From: Fimbriimonadales bacterium
Lineage (GTDB): Bacteria > Armatimonadota > Fimbriimonadia > Fimbriimonadales > ATM1
Reading direction: 5' to 3'
Assembly: GCA_041744215.1 (NCBI GenBank)
Contig: JBGTLG010000041.1
Span: forward strand, 1-64,000
Length of the DNA: 64,000 nucleotides
Under the pieces are notes generated by a model. That model saw only the letters and a program-made list of their open reading frames with translations. It did no database searches and was not told the origin of the DNA. Numbering within the stretch: the first letter of the stretch is position 1; every line of letters starts with the position of its first letter. The position numbers were made by a program, and so were the translations under genes. Shown in pieces: positions 57,510 to 64,000 of this stretch.

Positions 57510-58001
57510 GTGGCCCACGCGGTCGCGCGCAACATGACAACAGAAGCCCCAAAGCAGATGGTCCACTACCTAACCGTTCAAGACATCCTCTGGATCAACC
57601 AAGAGGTGACCAATGAGGCCCAGCCTTTTAAGTACGCACAATTGGAAGAGGGCACCAACTTTCAGTATGGGTACGGAAAGAGCGAAAACGTACTCGCACA
57701 GGCAGGACAATTCATTCAGGGCTTCATAAGGCTTCGACCGTTCAAGGCAGGCAACCGCGCAACGGCGTTTATCGCGGTCCTCGCGTTCCTTAAGATCAAC
57801 GGTTACGACATCACATTGCCGCCGAGCGATGCAACCCAGTGGGTGATGAATGTTGCGGACAAAAAGCAGGCTGGGAACGACGCAATCGCGCAAGTCGCTC
57901 AACGATCAGAAAAGCCAATCGAGATTAGTCCGACAGTGCGCACAGTTGTCAAGGAGCTAACCGAAGAATACGCGGACACCGTCGAAGCGTTGAGAGATTA
58001 A
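57510..58001 (+). CDS. Fic/Doc family protein with degenerate active site
   Basis: YLTVQDILWIN; RPFKAGNRATA in place of HPFxDGNKR; FLKINGY. Confidence 0.78.
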   Translation: MAHAVARNMTTEAPKQMVHYLTVQDILWINQEVTNEAQPFKYAQLEEGTNFQYGYGKSENVLAQAGQFIQGFIRLRPFKAGNRATAFIAVLAFLKINGYDITLPPSDATQWVMNVADKKQAGNDAIAQVAQRSEKPIEISPTVRTVVKELTEEYADTVEALRD

Positions 58002-59275
58002 CTCTTCTTAGGACTGTACAACGGCCGCGCGAATCGACCTTTCCCTTTGGTCAGGTTGGTCAGCGCGCTACCGTCGCGTTGGACGGACCATACATCGCCT
58101 TCTCTCACGAAAACAAGCGACGAGCTGTCTGGCGACCAACTTGGTTCGAATGCTTCACCTGGCGCGATCGGACGCATCTCTCCGCCGCTCAATGGAGCAA
58201 TCATGAGACCCGCGCCCACCAGTTTCTCCTCTCGCCGCGAGAAAGCCGATACGATTAGATCCGCGCCGTCTGGCGAGATCGAGGGGAAGAGAAGCGCTTC
58301 CGTGCCGTCGATTGACTGAAACATCAACGCCGGCGGGCTGTTCGAACCGATCTCATAAAGAAAAAGAGCATTGACAAACGGTCGCCGAATCGCTCCGTCA
58401 GGATTTTTCATGTCGTCGGGAACAGCATCCAAGTTTGGCCATCGAAAGTCACGGACAGAGACCACTGCGACCGACTCCGTGGGGTGCATCGCGATCTCGA
58501 CATCTGCGCCCATCAGCGGTATGCGTGGCATCGCTTCCTGTTGCGATTCCGGTTTCAGGTTTTGGAGGACAAGGGCGCGTCCTCGTGGCGTATTGTAGAT
58601 GCCCATGAAGTGACTGCCATCGCGAGTCACGTATCCCTTTTCAAACGCGTCTCCCTCAAGCGCGCCGCTGACCTGCTGCCATGCCTGTTCCATCATGTGG
58701 GTCGCTTCATCGTGTCGATGTCCGTGTTCGTCGGTAGGTACGACTTCTTCGTCTGTGCGCTTGATTCCTGGTTCCTCTTTCGGGGGGTACACGGTCGATA
58801 TCTTAAGGGTCTGATAATCAAGCCGGAGCACGGATCCCCTACTCGTGAACACTATCGCGTTGCCCGAAAGTGCAAACCATGGAGCCCCCCGAGACGCCCC
58901 TGCGAGTGTCAGCTGAAAGGGGACGTTGTCTCGATCAGGAATCCAGTCGAAGAGTTGGTAGGAGCCGTCCGCCGAACGATTGCTCACGAAGATCACGCGC
59001 TGGCCGTCGGCAGACCATATCTGCTCACGATCGTCAAACTCCCCATCATCTCCGTCTGGCTCTCGAATCGTGCCGTCCGGCGAGATCGCCACTACTCGCG
59101 AAGTCCCATCGTCGTTGAGCGCAAGAGCGGCGATGAGGTTCGTGGTTTTCGGCGCAGGGATGATCACCCAAAGCCGTCCAGCGGGACGGTTGCGCATCCA
59201 AACGACCAACGAAACGACACCGATTACAACGAGAACCAGGATGCTGAACCCGACGAGTCTTCTTCTGCTTTGCAT
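57998..59275 (-). CDS. Membrane-anchored TolB-like (PD40) beta-propeller protein
   Basis: N-terminal TM; WSADG, ISPDG, PSWSPD, PLYSP repeats. Confidence 0.8.
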   Translation of the reverse strand: MQSRRRLVGFSILVLVVIGVVSLVVWMRNRPAGRLWVIIPAPKTTNLIAALALNDDGTSRVVAISPDGTIREPDGDDGEFDDREQIWSADGQRVIFVSNRSADGSYQLFDWIPDRDNVPFQLTLAGASRGAPWFALSGNAIVFTSRGSVLRLDYQTLKISTVYPPKEEPGIKRTDEEVVPTDEHGHRHDEATHMMEQAWQQVSGALEGDAFEKGYVTRDGSHFMGIYNTPRGRALVLQNLKPESQQEAMPRIPLMGADVEIAMHPTESVAVVSVRDFRWPNLDAVPDDMKNPDGAIRRPFVNALFLYEIGSNSPPALMFQSIDGTEALLFPSISPDGADLIVSAFSRREEKLVGAGLMIAPLSGGEMRPIAPGEAFEPSWSPDSSSLVFVREGDVWSVQRDGSALTNLTKGKGRFARPLYSPKKS

Positions 59276-59337
59276 GGCTTGCCTTTGAGTTGCATACGTT
59301 ACCCGCGACGGTTCTGCGCCGCCGGTAGACTCTCGGC

Positions 59338-60609
59338 ATGAGCTTGTTCGAAACCGAGCCCTCCGCGGACAAGATGCCGCTTGCAGCTCGAATGCGGCCG
59401 GAGTCACTGAGCGACTTCGTTGGCCAACAGCATCTGCTAGGGGTGGACTCCCCAATCAGGCAAGCACTAGAGCGGGGAGCACTGGGGTCTGTCATCCTTT
59501 GGGGTCCGGCAGGGTCGGGCAAGACAACTCTTGCGCGGCTTATCGCGCAACAGGGACAAGCCCACCTCGAAGCGTTGAGCGCAGTAACTGCAGGTGTCGG
59601 TGAGATTCGCAAGGTTGCCGACGCGGCAAAGCATCGCAGCAAATCAACGATCCTGTTCTTGGACGAGATACACCACTTTACGCGTACCCAGCAAGACTTT
59701 CTGCTTGGATTAGTAGAAGAAGGCCGGCTGACACTGATAGGAGCGACAACGGAGAACCCCACATTCAGCTTGGCGACGCCCCTTCTTTCCCGGTGTCGAG
59801 TGCTGGTTCTAAAGCCTCTAGCGGATGGAGAGATCGGTGCGATCACCCAGCGAGGTGCGCGAGAACTCGGCGTCGAGATAACTGCTGAGGCCCTGTCTAC
59901 AGTCGCCCGATTCGCAAACGGTGACGCCCGCGTCGCGCTCAATGCCGTCGAGTTCGGGGCTCAACTCGCACACCCATCGAGTGAGATTGGCATTGAGCAT
60001 GTGTCTCAGGCGCTGAATCGACCGCTGGTCCGATACGATCAAAAGGGCGGTCAGCACTACGACGTGATCTCGGCGTTCATAAAATCAGTGCGCGGAAGCG
60101 ATGTTGATGCTGCCCTGCATTACCTAGCGCGCATGATCAGGGCGGGAGAAGATCCACGGTTCATCGCCCGACGGCTCGTGATCCTGGCCAGCGAGGACAT
60201 CGGCAATGCCGCGCCGATGGGTTTACTGATCGCGATGTCTGCATTCCACGCTGTTGAGCGAATTGGGATGCCCGAGTCGCGGATAGTGCTGGCTCAGGCG
60301 ACGATCTTCTTGGCCGCTTCGCCTAAGTCGAACAGCGCCTACCTGGCGATCGACAAAGCGCTCGCAGACCTGGATCGAGTTCCGGCGCCGCGCATACCGG
60401 ACTACTTACGTGATGCCAATACAAAGCGGCACGACGTGGTCGTCGATGAAACGGGCTACCTCTACCCCCACGACTCGGGTGGCTGGGCTCGGCAGGAGTA
60501 CCTCTCTTCGGGTCATGGCCTGCTGCTACCGTACTATGTCCCGCTATCGACCGGATTCGAATCGAAACTCGGGTCATTCTTGGAATCACTCGACGAGACA
60601 CAAAGCTAA
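59338..60609 (+). CDS. rarA: Replication-associated recombination protein A (RarA/MgsA)
   Basis: PLAARMRP, GPAGSGKTT, LDEIH, ATTENP, ISAFIKSVRGSD, ASEDIG, PKSNS. Confidence 0.96.
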   Translation: MSLFETEPSADKMPLAARMRPESLSDFVGQQHLLGVDSPIRQALERGALGSVILWGPAGSGKTTLARLIAQQGQAHLEALSAVTAGVGEIRKVADAAKHRSKSTILFLDEIHHFTRTQQDFLLGLVEEGRLTLIGATTENPTFSLATPLLSRCRVLVLKPLADGEIGAITQRGARELGVEITAEALSTVARFANGDARVALNAVEFGAQLAHPSSEIGIEHVSQALNRPLVRYDQKGGQHYDVISAFIKSVRGSDVDAALHYLARMIRAGEDPRFIARRLVILASEDIGNAAPMGLLIAMSAFHAVERIGMPESRIVLAQATIFLAASPKSNSAYLAIDKALADLDRVPAPRIPDYLRDANTKRHDVVVDETGYLYPHDSGGWARQEYLSSGHGLLLPYYVPLSTGFESKLGSFLESLDETQS

Positions 60610-60610
60610 T

Positions 60611-60952
60611 AGAGGCCTCAACCTAGACGGACTTCGATTCCGCCGAAGCGGTCTCAAGTTCCGTTCGTTCCGGTTAGACCGGTAAGAATCTCTCAACGCG
60701 AACCTCCGAGTTGCCTCGGGTGCTTGCGGCTTTGACGAGAGATGCTCAACTCTTTCGAGCAACGTCCCAGGCAGAAGCCTCTAGTAGAGACTGCCGCCAG
60801 CTGCCTTCGAAATTGGGCGAACCCTCTTTCCCTGGCTTCGATCCGACTTGCGTCGGAGAATCGGTCATCGCGTGCTGACTCGGTTGCCCGAGTCTGCGGC
60901 TTCAACGTGATTCCGACTCTTGCGAGCCTTCGATGGTCCGGCGGAAGCCTCT
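60611..60952 (-). ncRNA. Large (~342 nt) structured non-coding RNA of unknown class
   Basis: 5' AGAGGCUUC pairs with 3' GAGGCCUCU; at least 6 hairpins capped by GCAA/GAAA/UUCG on the minus strand; starts 7 nt after TGTTATAAC. Confidence 0.78.
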
Positions 60953-60959
60953 GACGGAA

Positions 60960-60968
60960 GTTATAACA
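60960..60968 (-). promoter_or_regulatory. Extended -10 promoter for the ncRNA
   Basis: Minus strand TGtTATAAC; predicted +1 is the A at 60952, the first base of the closing stem. Confidence 0.65.
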
Positions 60969-61030
60969 CAGAAATCGGCGAATTGTGCGATTTTTGACAA
61001 GAAAAACGGTGTATTTTCACTCTTGGAAGA

Positions 61031-61061
61031 CTTCCCACAAGTTATGCACATCTTATCAACA
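61031..61061 (+). promoter_or_regulatory. Three tandem DnaA-box-like 9-mers
   Basis: CTTCCCACA (61031), TTATGCACA (61042), TTATCAACA (61053) at 11-bp periodicity, next to an AT-rich tract. Confidence 0.55.
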
Positions 61062-61091
61062 CTCTTTGAGCTTGGGTGCCAGTTAGTGAGG

Positions 61092-62765
61092 TCAGTCGGC
61101 TGGGTTGTGCCGGATGTACAGCGACTCCGCAATTTTTGCAACGATGTAGACCACCACGACATTGGCGGCGACTGCAAACATCGCAATGAAAGGCGGCCAG
61201 GCACCCAGGAACAACAGTGGAATCACGCCTAGCATAGCTGGAGTCAGTGCCAGAACCGAGCCGAGCATCTGGATAAGCGCACGAAAGCTCCGCTGGGTCG
61301 GATCGTCCATGTCCGGAAAGAGCAGCAGGACGGCAAGTTGAACAGCGGTCACGACGACCGCAATCGATGGGAGTCCAATCGCGCCAGCGAGAGCAAACTC
61401 GTAGGCTGATGGCCTTGCAAGAAGCAGCGTGAGCGCGGCTAAGAGAGAGATGAGTATGGGAACTAGGCTATGCGCGATGATTTCGATAAGGCAGATTGAA
61501 AGAGGTGAGAACGGCAGCGGCTTCTGCAAGTCGACCCTCCTCAGCATCTCAAGAAAGCCCGATTGACCAATACCAAGAGCGAACGAGCCTATCAGCAGGG
61601 CCTGGAGAGGCAGGACGACTCCGACGAAACGATCGCTCGCGTCCAGAACTGCGAGCAATGATATGCCGCATGTCATTACAACGAAGAGGATCGTAAACGA
61701 AACCTGTGTGCGCATCACAAAGAGCGTTTCCCGCCACAGCATTGCGAACGGGCCCACGACCTTCGACTCCTGCAGGAAGCGGAGTCTTCGAACTTTGAGC
61801 CGCCCTTCTCTCGCCGCCTGAACAAAAGCCAGCCCGAGGTCGCCAGACCTTTGAACCTCCTGCCTGCCAAGACTCGCGGCGCTATGGCGCGCTGCCATGT
61901 CGTACAGGTGATCCGCCTGCTTGAGAGCGATTCCAATCAGAGTGACAGATCCTATCAGTAGGAAGCCTGCGCCTACAAGTCCCGACGTCCAATTCGCGTA
62001 GATTGGCATGAGGGCGAACTCAGCTGCGGCCGCGGCCGGGTACAGGATCAATCGGGTGGCGTCGCTCGAAGCAAGTTCTACCAGGAACTTAACCGTATCC
62101 TCCTGCCGAAATGCAGCAACGATCACGGCACCAAAAGCGAGTCCAAACGCGACAAGCACCGACAAGGTCGCTTTGCGTGCCAATCGTGCGGCGGATGAAT
62201 CGCGATTGATGAACATACCCAACGCATAACTTAGCGCAACACCAAACAACGAGACCAGCAGAAACGCTCCTATCATTGTCTTTCCGACCATGGGAGCGTG
62301 GGCGGGATCTGGCAGGTTCTCGAAGAGAAGACTGATTCCTTCGGCGCTTCTTCGGCCGCCGAAGATAAGAATGATGACCGGAACGAAGAGTGTGACCATG
62401 TAGTCGATGACAAATCGATGAGCCATGACGAGACGCGGAGAGATTGGTGTAGGAAACAGTACGTCTGAGTCAGCTTGCCGATAGGTTCCAGGCGGACGGA
62501 ACACGCCAAGGATGCGAAAAACAAGGACGAGCGCAAAAACAAGCAAAAACAGCGCAAAGACGAATTCGATCCCAGGAAGGGACAACTTCGGCATCCCGTT
62601 CGGGATCGGCTGGGGGCGCCGACCCTCGAACAGATTGCCGACGAACATCATAAACCACCAACCGATGATGAGAACTGCGCCGATCAACCGTGTTGGCGAG
62701 CGCAGCGCTCGCCTGAACGAGTTGATGACTGTTCGGGCTGTTAAGTGAACAAGCGGTTGCATCAA
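61092..62765 (-). CDS. Putative ABC exporter permease
   Basis: Many TM helices in two halves; overlaps the ABC ATPase stop codon. Confidence 0.82.
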   Translation of the reverse strand: MMQPLVHLTARTVINSFRRALRSPTRLIGAVLIIGWWFMMFVGNLFEGRRPQPIPNGMPKLSLPGIEFVFALFLLVFALVLVFRILGVFRPPGTYRQADSDVLFPTPISPRLVMAHRFVIDYMVTLFVPVIILIFGGRRSAEGISLLFENLPDPAHAPMVGKTMIGAFLLVSLFGVALSYALGMFINRDSSAARLARKATLSVLVAFGLAFGAVIVAAFRQEDTVKFLVELASSDATRLILYPAAAAAEFALMPIYANWTSGLVGAGFLLIGSVTLIGIALKQADHLYDMAARHSAASLGRQEVQRSGDLGLAFVQAAREGRLKVRRLRFLQESKVVGPFAMLWRETLFVMRTQVSFTILFVVMTCGISLLAVLDASDRFVGVVLPLQALLIGSFALGIGQSGFLEMLRRVDLQKPLPFSPLSICLIEIIAHSLVPILISLLAALTLLLARPSAYEFALAGAIGLPSIAVVVTAVQLAVLLLFPDMDDPTQRSFRALIQMLGSVLALTPAMLGVIPLLFLGAWPPFIAMFAVAANVVVVYIVAKIAESLYIRHNPAD

Positions 62766-63505
62766 GATTCTGACGCCGCGACTTCAGGCTCCTCCGTGAG
62801 CTTGAGAAACACTTGCTCGAGAGTCGCTCCATCCATGTTCGCACTTTCGCGCAATTGTGTTATCGTTCCTTCGGCCACGACATGCCCGCGCGAGAGAATC
62901 ACGACACGGTCACAGAACTTTTCGGCGGTATCCAGGAGGTGGGTGCTGATCAGAATCGCCGCCCCATCGTCGCGTGCTCGGGATAGCTCCTGTTTGAATT
63001 CATGTGCTCCCCGTGGGTCAATCCCGATGAGCGGCTCGTCCAAGAGCAAAACGTTTGCACGATGCACCAACGCACACGCAACCGCAAGCTTCTGCTTCAT
63101 TCCCTTGCTTAGCGTGGCAACAAACTGGTCCCGCTTTTCATAGAGATCGTATCGCTTCAGCAGTTCGTTCCCGAGTCGGTCGTACTCGTCTAAGGAGTCA
63201 AAGCACATTGCTATGAAGCGCAAGTGCTCGCGGACGGTAAGCAGCTCATACAGCGAAGGAACTTCTGGCACAAAGGCGAGTCCCGATTTTGCCTGGGCTT
63301 GGTCGAGCAGCAGGTCATGGCCGTTGATGAGAATGGCCCCTCCTGTAGGGCGCAGGATTCCCGCAATACATCGCATCGCAGTCGTTTTGCCTGCACCGTT
63401 TGGGCCAAGGAGTCCTACAATTTCCCCAGGTCGTGCTTCAAACGAGATCCCGGAGACTGCGCGGAAGCCGCGATAGTCTTTGACCAATCCGATGACTTCA
63501 AGCAT
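62762..63505 (-). CDS. ABC transporter ATP-binding protein
   Basis: GPNGAGKTT, LSKGMKQK, LLDEP, STH. Confidence 0.95.
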   Translation of the reverse strand: MLEVIGLVKDYRGFRAVSGISFEARPGEIVGLLGPNGAGKTTAMRCIAGILRPTGGAILINGHDLLLDQAQAKSGLAFVPEVPSLYELLTVREHLRFIAMCFDSLDEYDRLGNELLKRYDLYEKRDQFVATLSKGMKQKLAVACALVHRANVLLLDEPLIGIDPRGAHEFKQELSRARDDGAAILISTHLLDTAEKFCDRVVILSRGHVVAEGTITQLRESANMDGATLEQVFLKLTEEPEVAASES

Positions 63506-63546
63506 TGCCGTCCATATTACCGACGCCGTGGTATTGGCGTTTCGAG

Positions 63547-64000
63547 TCAGGGTGCTTCTGGAACTCCACTTTCGGCGGAACGATAGAGGACATCCATTAA
63601 GATCGCGAGGCGCTCGCCCAACTCGACGCCAGCAATCGGTTGCTCGCTCCCTATAATGCTCCTAAAAAAGTTTTCGTCGGGAGTTCGACGCGTCGACGAT
63701 TCGAATTCTTCGACATTGTTGGTGCCTCTTCGATACACCCGCATCCAAGACCCGCCCCAGCCATCTAACTCGATCCGCCCGTGCCCAAAGAACAGCACCA
63801 GACCCGCGCCATCGCAAGCGCTGTCTCCCGCAATCAGGACGTTCGCCAGGACGCCGCCCTCGAATCGGACCGTCGACGCCCCGTTAATCTCAACTTCGCA
63901 ACCACGTCCGTCAGTGCAAGCGTACGCCGACTCGACATTCTGCTCAACGCAGAACGCTATTGAAGCAAACAGATGCGCGCCACTATCAAGCATTTGACCG
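63547..64000 (-). CDS. Gfo/Idh/MocA oxidoreductase, C-terminal part (runs off the window)
   Basis: GQMLDSGAHLF (GGxxxDxGxH motif), G+IELDGW, F..SI.G...P; frame open to the right edge. Confidence 0.7.
   Translation of the reverse strand, partial: GQMLDSGAHLFASIAFCVEQNVESAYACTDGRGCEVEINGASTVRFEGGVLANVLIAGDSACDGAGLVLFFGHGRIELDGWGGSWMRVYRRGTNNVEEFESSTRRTPDENFFRSIIGSEQPIAGVELGERLAILMDVLYRSAESGVPEAP

Noticed and set aside
60611-60952. RNase P RNA, tmRNA, SRP or 6S identity for the structured RNA
   Set aside because: The 5' CCGGACCAUCG plus hairpin superficially recalls rnpB, but GAGGAAAGUCC and ACAGAAnCCGGCUUA are absent. There are no tRNA-like ends or CCA, no SRP GGAAGG-AGCAG helix, and it is too long and branched for 6S.
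60693-61232. Short ORFs in the rarA to ABC permease gap
   Set aside because: No SD or recognisable domain; they overlap the structured RNA or the permease
1-64000. Many long antisense or alternative-frame ORFs in the ORF track; CRISPR arrays; rRNA
   Set aside because: The shadow ORFs overlap well-supported genes and are expected at this GC content; no repeat-spacer array or rRNA signature was found

Overview
A gene-dense piece of bacterial chromosome with most genes on the minus strand. The lineage is probably Armatimonadota/Fimbriimonadia-like, inferred from a PEP-CTERM protein, a DUF1559/H-X9-DG prepilin-like protein, MqnA and fused SecDF. Most genes are housekeeping: pdxT, gltX, phosphomannomutase, secDF, aroQ, ftsK, recN, mqnA, leuC, uvrB, ggt, tdh, gpmA, argFGH, lemA/htpX, selC, flgM, imuB-dnaE2, rarA and an ABC exporter. 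No CRISPR array, IS element, prophage or rRNA was seen. The most interesting signals are non-coding. (1) A ~342-nt highly structured minus-strand RNA at 60611-60952 has its own promoter, a closing stem and many GNRA/UUCG hairpins. It matches no housekeeping RNA I recognise and lies next to three tandem DnaA-box-like 9-mers. (2) An Arg-codon-rich leader ORF with mutually exclusive pairings precedes argF-argG-argH and looks like a ribosome-mediated arginine attenuator. (3) A compact c-di-GMP-I riboswitch sits between a sigma28-like promoter and flgM. (4) A palindromic operator precedes an ImuA-less imuB-dnaE2 cassette. (5) A tandem duplication has near-identical ends and a strongly diverged middle. 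(6) Many genes show leaderless-type promoter geometry. All calls come from reading the sequence by eye; no database searches or folding programs were run.
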